Shown here piece by piece: positions 1 to 11,700 of a stretch of DNA of 64,000 nucleotides. The stretch comes from Perna viridis (Eukaryota), in NCBI GenBank assembly GCA_037379345.1, contig CM074511.1:12400001-12464000 (forward strand), given 5' to 3'. The translations under genes were made by a program, and so were the position numbers. How positions within the stretch are numbered: position 1 is the stretch's first letter; every line of letters begins with the position of its first letter. Below the pieces are notes generated by a model. That model saw only the letters and a program-made list of their open reading frames with translations. It had not been told where the DNA came from and did not search any database.

Positions 1-2217
1 TCTGACACTACTTGACCAATTGGAATCAAACTTGGTATGAATGTTCCTTGGGGTATCCTGCATAGAACTGATGTGGGGATTTTTGATCCATCAAAAAACA
101 TGGCCGCTGTTACTAGAAAATGAACGTAGGGGTCAGACTAGTTTTTCACATATATCTCCAAAACTGCTAGGTTTAGCCAAATTCTGACTTGGGTTAAAGT
201 GTTCAACATGATGAGATCTATCTGTGGTCGAATTTTCACTATTACTATTAAGCCATGTTGGAGTTATTGTCCTTTTTCAAAGTTTTTTTGCTAATTTTTA
301 GCTCACCTGGCTCAAGGCCAAGTGAGCTTATGCCATCACTTGGCTTCCGTCATCGCCATGGACAAATTAAAAAAAATATTCTCCTCTGAAACTACTGGAC
401 TGACAGGTTATAAACTTAGCATGATTGTTTCTTAGGGTGCTCTGCACAGAATGACCGTTGGGATTTTGATCCATGAAAAAACATGGCTTCTGTTGTTAAA
501 AATAGGACGTAAGTGTCAGATTGCAGTTTTTTGCAAATAACTCAAAAACTGTTGCCTTTAGCAAATTTCTTGCATTTATTGAATATTGTTCAGCATCATG
601 AGATGGACCTATGGTAAAATTTTCAAAACGATTGGTCAACTGATGTAGGAGTTACAGCCCCTGAAACAGTTTTCTTTTTTGCATTTTTTGCATGTGCAAC
701 TTTGAGAATCTTCTCAAAATCCATTATACAGAATTCAATTAAAGTTGGCATTTATGTTCCTTAGGGTATCCCACGCAAAATAACCTTTGGGATTGTTGAT
801 TCATGAAAAAACGTGGCCGCCATTACTAAAAATAGAACATAGGGGTCAGATGGCAGTTTTTTGCAAATAACTCAAAAACCATTGTCTTTAGTAAATTTTT
901 GGCATGGGGTAATATTGCTAAGCATCATGAGAAGGATCTATGCCGAAATTTTCAAAACCATTCATTGACTAATGTAGGAGTTACGACTCCTGAAACAGTT
1001 TTTTTGTTGTTTTTTTTTCACATGTACAACTTTGAAAATCTTTTTCTCTAAAACCATTGAAGATCATTGAATGAAAATAAGCATAATAGTTCTTTAGTAA
1101 ATTGTGCTCAAAATGACTTGTGATTTTCAATCCGTGAATAGACATGGCTGCCTATACTAAAAATGGAACTTAGGGGTCATAAGACAGGTTTTTGAAAAAA
1201 AAAAAAATTGTTGCCTTCAGCAAAATTCTGGTTCAGGTCGTGAAAATGCTATGAAAAGCATTTCTTGCATTTGACAATTTAGTTGATTTTAACTTAGCTT
1301 GTCTCATTCCTCAAGTTTTTCAAATAAGCAAATGGTTAACCAGGTGAGCGATTCAGGCTCTCTTGAGCCTCTAGTTATGTTAGTTCTTTCAAAAATCTTC
1401 TCCTCTCACAATACTTTACCAATTGGAACCAAACTTGGTATGAATGTTCCTTGGGGTATCCTGCATAGAACTGATGTGGGGATTTTTGATTCTTTGAAAA
1501 ACATGGCTGCCGTTACTAAAAATAGAACATAGCGGTCAGACAGTAGTTTTTCACATATATCTCCAAAATGTTTAAGTTAAGCCCAATCCTGACTGGTAAA
1601 AAGTGTTCAGCATGATAAGATCTATCTGTGGCCAAATTTTCATTTTAATCTGTTCAGCCATGTTGGAGTTATTGCCCTTTTTCACAAAATTTTTGCCAAA
1701 TTTAATTTTATTTCTTTCAAAAATCTTCTCCTCTGACACTACTTCACCAATTGGAACCAAACTTGGTATGAATGTTCCTTGGGGTATCATGCACAGAACT
1801 GTTGTGGGGATTTCTGATCCGTCGAAAAACATGGCCGCTGTTTCTAAAAATAGAACATAGGGGTCAGACTAGTTTTTCACATATATCTCCAAAACCTTTA
1901 GGTTTAGCCAAATTTTTTCAATAGCTGAAATGATCCTTATTTTTAGGACTACAAGTCTTCATACATAAAATTTGGCAGACATCTTATAAGAGTTATTGCC
2001 CTTGACAGGGTAAAATGACAGGTTTTTTTTTTAGTTTTCAGCCAATGTCTTGAAAACTATGATAGTTTTAGACTTTCTTTTACTGAAATGATCCTTATCA
2101 AAGCCCTATCAAGGTTTCCTGGAGTCAAAATTGTTGGACAACTTCTTGTTTAATTTATTGCCCTTGAAAGGCAAAATTTAACCAAGTGAGCGATTCAGGC
2201 TCCTGGGAGCCTTTTGT
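1..2217 (+). mobile_element. Non-autonomous Helentron/HINE-like element (outer copy; 5' end outside window) with about 330-bp internal tandem units
   Basis: The unit (ccaattggaaccaaacttggtatgaatgttcc...) recurs at about 17, 1419 and 1747. The 3' end is caagtgagcgattcAGGCTCctggGAGCCTtttgtt (sub-terminal IR plus palindrome). Confidence 0.75.
296..1376 (+). mobile_element. Related HINE-like element inserted inside the outer copy
   Basis: 5' ttttAGCTCACCTGg...agtgagct; 3' CAGGTGAGCGattcAGGCTCtcttGAGCCTctagtt; inserted at a T-run that splits one outer unit. Confidence 0.75.
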
Positions 2218-2606
2218 TATGTGTGACAAAAGTCCTTTCTGTATTTAGATTAGTATTTTTGAGATTACTGCATTTAACCTTCCACTAAATCAAGCAAATC
2301 AAGAACAGTAACTCTTGCAAAGTGTCAATTTTATACACAATCAATATGATTTTTATTGCAAAAGTGCAAGAACCAAATGAAAAACAGTGACTGGTTATGT
2401 GATCAGCAACTGTTTCTGAACAAGAAGTAAAAGATCATACAGTAATTTAATGATATACAAGTCTGATTTTGATAAAGACTAATACTTAATTGGTATCCAA
2501 GATGGCTTTTAGATATCAATTGGTATCTAAGATGTTTTTGATATTAATAAGTATCCAGGATATTATTTATTGGTTAAATGTATTCCTGGAAAAAGTTGAT
2601 TAGATC

Positions 2607-3821
2607 TATCTCGGGAAATTCATCAGGCGACCGTCATTATTGTCTTTCTACCTTGGAAAGTTCATCAGGTCACCGTCATTATTGTCATTCTACCCCAGGA
2701 AGTTCATCAGGTGACGGTCATTATTGTCATTCTACCCCGGGAAGTTCATCAGGTGACGGTCATTATTGTCTTTCTACCTTGGGAAGTTCATCAGGTGACG
2801 GTCATTATTGTCTTTCTACCTCGGGAAGTTCATCAGGCGACGGTCATTATTGTCTTTCTACCTCGGGAAGTTCATCAGGCGACGGTCATTTTTGTCTTTC
2901 TACCTCGGGAAGTTCATCAGGCGACGGTCATTATTGTCTTTCTACCTCGGGAAGTTCATCAGGCGACGGTCATAATTGTCTTTCTACCTCGGGAAGTTCA
3001 TCAGGTGACGGTCATAATTGTCTTTCTACCTCGGGAAGTTCATCAGGCGACCGTCATTATTGTCTTCCTACCTCGGGAAGTTCATCAGGCGACCGTCATT
3101 ATTGTCATTCTACCTTGGGAAGTTCATCGGGTGACGGTCATTTTTGTCTTTTTACCTCGGGAAGTTCATCAGGTGATGGTCATTATTGTCTTTCTACCTT
3201 GGGAAGTTCATCAGGTGATGGTCATTATTGTCTTTCTACCTTGGGAAGTTCATCAGGTGACGGTCATTTTTGTCTTTTTACCTCGGGAAGTTCATCAGGT
3301 GATGGTCATTATTGTCTTTCTACCTTGGGAAGTTCATCAGGTGATGGTCATTATTGTCTTTCTACCTTGGGAAGTTCATCAGGTGACGGTCATTTTTGTC
3401 TTTTTACCTCGGGAAGTTCATCAGGTGATGGTCATTATTGTCTTTCTACCTCGGGAAGTTCATCAGGCGACGGTCATTATTGTCTTTCTACCTTGGGAAG
3501 TTCATCAGGTGACGGTCATTTTTGTCTTTTTACCTCGGGAAGTTCATCAGGTGATGGTCATTATTGTCTTTCTACCTCGGGAAGTTCATCAGGCGACCGT
3601 CATTATTGTCTTCCTACCTCGGGAAGTTCATCAGGCGACCGTCATTATTGTCATTCTACCTTGGGAAGTTCATCAGGTGACGGTCATTATTGTCTTTCTA
3701 CCTCGGGAAGTTCATCAGGCGACGGTCATTATTGTCTTTCTACCTCGGGAAGTTCATCAGGTGACCGTCATTATTGTCTTTCTACCTTGGGAAGTTCATC
3801 AGGTGACGGTCATTATTGTCT
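2607..3821. repeat. 39-bp minisatellite, about 31 copies
   Basis: Unit gggaagttcatcaggYgacggtcattattgtctttctacctY; explains ORFs 2578-3855 and 2711-3823. Confidence 0.95.
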
Positions 3822-4189
3822 AAGGAAGACATATAAAATAATAGTCAACGTTTAATTTGGATACTGACAATATCGTGAAATATCTAAACGAGCATGTGAG
3901 TGATGTTCCACATGATATTGTCAGTATCAAAATTGAAAGCAACTATTATTATGTTTACCAGTAATCAAATAATTGCATTTTTGATCATTATAATGTACTA
4001 CATTTGTACTAGCAAAAAATTAAGTAATGTGTTTACAAACTATCGGTGTCTGATATCAATTTCATTCAAAACTAAAAAAAAGGTGTAATGATGTTAAAAT
4101 TTTGACAGACATTTTAGAATATCTTGTCAAGCATGAGAGATAGAAAAATATCTGTCAACAATATTAAAGGAAAAATTGATAAACACCTT

Positions 4190-4336
4190 AGCTCGTTTAC
4201 TTTTGTTACTTCGTACTTATTATTTTGGTTATTTTATATTCTTTGTTGTGTGTGCCTGTTTTCCATGTCTGGTCTTCGTCCCTGGATTATATTCTTTTGA
4301 TTTCCACTAAAATCTTGGTACCCTTGATAACTCTTT
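4190..4336 (+). repeat. Degenerate copy of the same dispersed repeat
   Basis: gcctgttttccatgtctggtcttcgtccctggattatattcttttgatt...cccttgataactcttt. Confidence 0.7.
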
Positions 4337-4748
4337 CCACTGAATATCATTATTTGAAAGTGTTAAGTTGAAAGTATCATCAGTAGTAGTTCATACAGAT
4401 TACTTTAATAGAACTTGATATTCTAAATTTTGATTCATAACTGAAGTAAGCTGTAATGTTATAGTTTTGGAGTTTATTATATGATATTTGTTAATAGACA
4501 TTTTCTTTATATTTTACATGTGATGAAAAATACATATTTATGGCTAAACCAGAAAATTGTTGAATCATGGACAGCAACAGACATTTCTAACAATGCATGC
4601 ACCATCAATATGAAGCTCCAATTTTGAAATCAATTTGTGATGTAGAAACCAAGATAATTACGAGTTACAAAATACAAGAAACATAGAGAATCTTCAGTAA
4701 CCTTTCATGCCCTATTACTGGAACATAATTAAGTCATTATTGAACAAA

Positions 4749-4754
4749 TTTATT
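4749..4754 (-). terminator. Candidate polyadenylation signal (AATAAA) of MON2, implying a 3' UTR of about 0.8 kb
   Basis: tttatt on + strand about 800 nt past the stop codon; the hexamer is common in AT-rich DNA. Confidence 0.4.
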
Positions 4755-5554
4755 AATATTCCATAACAACTACAAATAAACAATTCATAATCCTCAAAAA
4801 TGTTTCAATAAAATCTTACATTTATCACAATTATAAGTCCCTCCAACATAAAACGTCTGATTTAAAAAAAAAAATACAGTAAGTGTGTTTTGCTCTCTGC
4901 TTACTCGTCCCTGTATATACAATAAATCCTCACTTCTCCATTGCAACTAAGTGGTACAAAAATTATTACAAGTAAGTTAGTTTGTGAGTAAAATTTATAA
5001 AAAAAAATTCTTATTACTGGAATATCAGATGTTAACAAATCATTCTTGTGCAGCAGATTAAAAAAAAATTGTTTAAAAAAGATCTGGAATTACATGTACA
5101 GGGAAACTCAGATGGTAATATAATTTTGAAATAAATGAGAAAAATTCCAGAGTTATCTCCCAATGTAATGATCATGTTGAAACACTAGAATTATCTCCCT
5201 TCACACACTCATTTTTAGCACTTAAACATGATTTAAATAAACTCTCTACATAAAAAGAGGTTTAATATTTAAATGAAACAGATCTTTACAAGTGCAAAAC
5301 ATGGTAAGAAAATAATCTTATCACACTAAATGGTTTTCATACCTAATGACTATTTTTCAAATCCATTTACAGGCAATATTAACCTCTAAAATAGTTTACA
5401 TGAACAATTAACAAAGTATGATTTGTGTACCTGTAAATTCCAATAAAGTACAGTAACATATTCATGTCAATATGAGCTGACATACTCATTCTGTTGGAGC
5501 CAGATCAGAAAAAGTTCCAACATAAAGTAAACCAATTCTAAGATGGGATATAAA

Positions 5555-5718
5555 TCATATAGACCCATTGTGTGTATGTGATGCCAAGGGTTGTAACAAG
5601 TCTTTATACTCATGGAGGACATCTTTGAGAGCTTTACACACACTTGGTGAAGGAGATGTTGTACAATCTACTAGCGAGGGGTATAACTGTATCACCTGAT
5701 GCCATACATTCTTCTCAA
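5555..5718 (-). CDS. MON2: MON2 last coding exon ([42 protein letters not shown]...stop)
   Basis: ATTTCAG|TT acceptor; TGA at 5555-5557. Confidence 0.92.
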
Positions 5719-8700
5719 CTGAAATAACAAAATGACAATCACAATCAATATTCGTTAACATAAAGAAAAGGGAATGTTGTTAAGTATAAGTAAAGATAAG
5801 GCTGCCAGTAATAATTGGAAAACCACAAAGCTATTATTTCTTAAACTGTTGTGAATATTTTTTTGAAGAATATTATAAAATAATTTGAGGAAAGATTGCA
5901 AATTTAAAACTGCACAAAAGTAGATTGGTCACAGAAACTGCAAAAAAAAAAAGATGGCACAAACAATTCCAGGTTTACAGTATACAAATGTAAAAAAAAA
6001 CAAAATAAAGAAATTATAAAAGAACTATCTAAACCTTACCTTATTACATCACCGAGAGCAATTATGTATTATTTGCAGTTATCTAAGTAAAGATACATAA
6101 AAGTTTTGCACCAAAAGTTAAAAAAAAAAATTAAATACTAAAGAGGTAAAATGTGTATAAAAAAAACACAGAGATTTTATTGCATTATCCAAGTATTAAT
6201 ACATCATAACCTCCAGAAATAATCATAAAAGTGTTAGTAAAGTTTACCTTTTTTAAGATATTGACAAGTCATATTTAGTTGAAATGCACTTTTGAAAAAT
6301 TTTTCCTGCAGTTCCTTACATAAGCAGTCAAAAATATTCATGTCAAAGATCAGGATAAATTTAAATAGCTTTGCAGTTGTTTCCTAGATGTACTGAATAT
6401 ACTTGAGGGAAAAAAGGACCAAACTGAGAATTATGGTGTGCCAACCACTGCCTGATTCTCATATAGAATGGTACTTACTGGTAATCTTTGGCAATGGGGG
6501 TATCTGAATTCTTAAATATATGCTGTATTATATGTATGTGAAGTCTTTGTAAGGACAATTCAGAAAAATGCTTTATACTATAACTTCAGAAATCTCCTTT
6601 ACTTACTATTGCCAGGAGGAGCCTTTTTCAGAGATGAAATCAATGTGGTGATTGCTTTTAAGACAGAAGCCATCTCTGCCAATCTGGGTCTGAAAAATAA
6701 GATGTAGTCTTGTATTGTAACTAGAAATCAATTTAGTTCTTTCCATAGAGAAGAAGTCTATCACTGATAAAACTAGACAACAGTTCCTGTAGAAGTTTTT
6801 TTTCTTCAAAACATTGGATCGTATCATAACAAAATAAATACCAGAACAGGATTTAAAATAAGTTATCTTACTGTGCAAAAATTTCAAGGCATAAAAATGG
6901 GACAATATCTCTAAAACATTGTAAAGAATTTATATCATATGACCCTTTTCAGTTAATACACTACAGTTGTATGAAGTTCTAGTACAATTCAAGTGGTTTA
7001 ACACTTGAAAAAAATATAACAGAGACTGTACACAAATCAGAAAACACATAAATGAACATAGTGATTTGGTCAAGGATATGTACTTAAATTCAGGCTTTCC
7101 CCACACAAAATGATTTACCCAGTATTCAGCAAAGATTTATTCACTTTTTGAAAGCTTCAACACCTCTGCAACTTCAAATACTAAATCCTGTGAAAGAACT
7201 GTGCAAAGTGTACTGTAAAGTTTAAATGTTTGTATTATTGTAATTGAATGGGCACTCTTTTATAAACTGTGGATTAAGATGCTTATGAAGAACTTAGTTG
7301 GTAAGATTTATTTTTTGTGCATTAAGTACCATTCTGTGTATGGATCAGGCAACGGGTGGCAAATCATATTTCTCAATTTTGTCTTTTTTCCCCTCAGATA
7401 TATGTAATACATCTAGAAAACAACTGAAAAGTTATTAAAATTTATCCTAAGCATCTGTGACGTAGATATTTTTGACAGCTTATATAAGGAAAAAGTGCAG
7501 GAAAATTTTACCGCCATTTTTCCATAGAGCATTTCAACTAAATTTGACCTTTCAATTTCTTTAAAAGGCAAATTTTACAAACACTTTGATGGTTATTTCT
7601 GGAGGTTATTGGGTATAAATACTTGGTTAATGCAATAAAATCTCTGCATTTTTTTCCTTCATGTGCCACACTTTATATACATTTTGCCTAATTCTTAGAT
7701 GGAGAAGCACTTAATTGTTTAAAAATGTTCTTTAACTTGTTTAACAATCATCATTGTATATTCTTTTAATTAGATAATTTATTGTAGTTTGTCAGGGACT
7801 TGAAAATGAAGAAAATTTATTTATATATGAATAATTAAGACTTATTTATTTCAGAGAATCATAAATAATAATCTAATTGAAAATAAAAGATAAAACATTG
7901 TAATCATACTCAATCTGTCTAAAGACTAAATACCTCGTGCAGGTCCGGGTGTTAAAAGAATAGGCTTGCAGTAGCGCTAAGCTTGTCATAAAAGGCGACT
8001 AAATAGTGCTCAGAAACCTAGCCGGGGGCTAGGCGCTCTGCCCACAGAGCAACTGGGATGTGTGCCCCAGGTGGTGGAATGGGGTACCCCTGGCGTGTTA
8101 CATGCTGGGGTTGTCAGGCTATAATACGGAAAACCTGACCGCAAACCATAGTGGTGCACCGTGTTGGGAAAGATGCCACGTTCCTCGCACGTTAAAGAAC
8201 CCTGCTGTGGTATTCGATAGGAGTAGGAACCTTTGCGCTTCGCCACAGGAGGCTGAATTGCCCGACCATACCCATCCCCCTTTTTCCAGTGGCAATCAAA
8301 ATTTGTCGACCCTATTATCCTTGTGACCCATCTTTTTTTTTCATTTCATGTTCATTTTATCATCCATTTCATGTTCATTGTCTGAATATAGCTGAAATAT
8401 TGCTGCTCAGACGTTAAACCCCAACAAACATAAAGACTAAATACCTTTTTTAGTGGAGTGGTAAAACAGGGAAGTGGTTATTAGGTGGGGGAGGAAAGTG
8501 GTTATTAGGTCTGGGGAGAGACGTGGTTATTAGGTAAGGGGAGGAAAGTGGTTATTAGGTCTGGGAAGGGAAGTGGTTTTTAGGCCTGGAGAGGGAAGTG
8601 GTTATTAGGTAAGGGGAGGAAAGTGATTATTACGTTGGTGGAGGAAAGTGGTTATTAGGTCTGGGGAGGGAAATGGTTATTAGGTAAGGGGAGGAAAGTA

Positions 8701-11700
8701 GTTATTAGGTCTGGGGAGGAAAGTAGTTTTTAGGTAGGGGAGGGAAGTGGTTTTTAGGTAGGGGAGTGGTTTTTAGGTAGGGGAAGAACATGGTTATTAG
8801 GTCTGGGGAGGAAAGTGGTTATTAGGTCTGGGGAGGGACGTGGTTTTCAGGTCTGGGGAGGGAAGTGGTTATTAGGTCTGGAGAGGGAAGTGGTTATTAG
8901 GTCTTGGGAGGGAAGTGGTTATTAGGTCTGGGGAGGGAAGTTGTTTTTAGGTCTGGAGACGGATGTGGTTATTAGGTCTGGGGAGGTAAGTGGTTATTAG
9001 GTCTGGAGAGGGAAATGGTCTGGGGAGGGAAGCAGTTATTGTCTTGGAAGGGAAGTAGTTATTAGGTCTGGAAAGGAAGTGGTTATTAGGTCTGGGGAGG
9101 GAAGCAGTTATTGTCTTGGAAGGGAAGTAGTTATTAGGTCTGGAGAGGGAAGTGGTTATTAGGTCTGGGGAGGGAAGTGGTTATTAGGTCGGGGAGGGAA
9201 GTGGTTATTAGGTCTGGAGAGGGAAGTGGTCTGGGGATGGAAGCGGTCATTGTCTTGGAAGGGAAGTAGTTATTAGGTCTGGAGAAGGAAGTGGTTATTA
9301 GGTCTGGAGAGAGAAGTGGTTATTCTGTCTGGGGAGGGAAGTGGTTATTAGGTCTGGAGAGGGAAGTGGTTATAAGGTCTGGAGAGGGAAGTGGTTATTA
9401 GGTCGGGGGAGGGAAGTGGTTATTCTGTCTGGGGAGGAAAGTGGTTATTAGGTCTGGAGAAGGATGCGGTTTTTAGGTCTGGGGAGGGAAGCAGTTATTG
9501 TCTTGGAAGGGAAGTAGTTATTAGGTCTGGAGAGGGAAGTGGTTATAAGATCTGGGGATGGAAGTGGTTGTTAGGTCGGGGGAGGGAAGTGGTTATTCCG
9601 TCTGGGGAGGAAAGTGGTTATTAAGTCAGGGGAGGGAAGTGTTTATTAGGTCTGGGGAGGGAAGTGATTATTAAGTCCGGGGAGGGAAGTGGTTATTAGG
9701 TCTGGAGAGGGAAGTGGTTATTAGGTATAGGAAGGAGATTACGTTACATACCAACATTTCATCATACCTTGGTAATGGACATTTTCCACTGAGTCTTTCA
9801 TCTTCAACATATTTCTTGACAACTTCTTGACACCTTTGTAACAAAGACAAAACAGCTACTTTTGTGATGGAACCTTCTTCTGAATGACTTTTAGATATAA
9901 AAGAAAACTGCAATAACGTTTCAAAGCAGGTTTTGGCAAACTCTTCTCTGAGCTTTCGACTAGATTCTGTATCTGGAATAGATAAGAATAAAAAAAACTA
10001 TTATCCTCTGAATGCTTTTTAAGAGTTTTCAATAAACAAACTGTTCCTGAAAAAGAAATCTAAAGATAAATTAGGATTTTAATTTAAAATAGAAAAAAAT
10101 TTCAGTGTACTAATTTTCATTTTTCGGTTTACAGTATAGTCTCATCTTGATTAATCAAGATTAAAAGTACAGATTGACTGAAATAGTGAAGTATTAATCA
10201 GTTACTGGATTGAAAAACCTTCCAAAACTGAACCCTTTTTGAATTTCAGATTTTATACATTCAGGCAAGTGTACATTTCACACTGGTAAAGTAAGGAATG
10301 CATAAAGACCAATAATAGTAGACTTCATTTATTATCATGATTCGTTACAACACATTTATATTCATTATCATGTTTTGTTGGGACACATTTTTTTTCTTCA
10401 TCCTATTATCATTTTTTAATGGCCATCCTATTTTGACAAGTATTTTGTTCTAGGTACTATTTAGTTAGGTACTTTTTTGTTCTATTGAGACAGAGTTTGT
10501 TCTGTAAAGACAGGTTTTTTATCCTATGTTTTATTTAAACTGGTACTTTTTTAATCTATTGAGACAGAGTTTATGTTCTGTAAAGACAGGTTTTTTTTAT
10601 CCTGTGTTTTATTTAGACAGGTATTTTATTCTAGGCTTTGTTTAGACTGGTATCATTTTCAGGGTTAAGACAGTTTTGTTGTAACAGTGATCCTAAAGAG
10701 TGTAAATATACTGAATTGAGACTACGGTTGGTAAGAAAGGGAAAATCCGTTAGCTTACAAAGTGAATGTAAAGTGTGCTACAGATTCTCATTATACAACG
10801 TAAAAGTGAAATATATACACCTACAAATGAGTTTAAAATATGACTTCACTAACTCTAGCTTTCAAGGAATTGCTGCAGCATTGTGTATACTGTAAAGTAA
10901 TATTTTTTGCTATTTTGTATACAGTTTAATACCCAGTCCCAGTATCCAGTACATTTTGTTGCACTTCAATGTATATCCATTTAAAAGAGATGATTGCAAA
11001 AATAAAATATAAAAGTGTTAATGTAAATTGCCAGCAATAAGAATATAAGACACCACAAAAAGTAATACTCATACAGTATATTAAAGCACAAAAAATAGGA
11101 AACAAAATCCCTTACTTCACATATAGGTATATGTTGTGTATGTAAATGGCAAGGGCACATCAAGGAGAGCTTTTATTAATTTGTATCAATAAACTGGTTA
11201 ACTAGGACGATACGCTTCCAGATCTAATTCTTAAAATTAAACAAAATCAACTCTGAACTCAACCATTCATTAGATATCAAATACAAACTCTGAAACTTGC
11301 AACACAATAAAATGTAAATAACACAAAATAATTCAGCTCCATACTCCCCCAGCAACCTCTTAGACTAACTAAATTAATTGTCCTGGTTTCCAGAGAAACA
11401 CAACCCATCTTCCTAGCAGCATTTAATCTAAGAAATTGTAGAATTTTTAACTTACTTTTTTCCAAAACAGAATGATTGGCAAATGAAAATTTTTTGATAT
11501 ACTTTATATAGAGTAGAAAATATCTTCATGCAAAAAGATTTGTATCCAACAAAATGGACCAGACCTAAAAATAGCATCCCTTGATCCTAGGTTGAAAGTC
11601 AAGGTTGTCAAAAAGCTTGAACATGCAGAGAAATCCTGCACCACTTACCTCCAACTCCCTTTAGAAATATCTTCCCTAAAATAACCACTTATTCTTGTCA

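Noticed and set aside
1299-1860. ORFs sharing PIGTKLGMNVPWGI
   Set aside because: They are translations of the internal tandem unit of the HINE-like element, not a gene family.
6606-6905. 99-aa ORF over the penultimate MON2 exon (likewise 41097-41351 and 44202-44444)
   Set aside because: Wrong reading frame; the MON2 frame is fixed by splice phases and conserved peptides.
8010-8326. Two ORFs on opposite strands in a GC-rich patch
   Set aside because: They lie within the TSD-flanked SINE-like insertion, where higher GC lowers stop-codon frequency.
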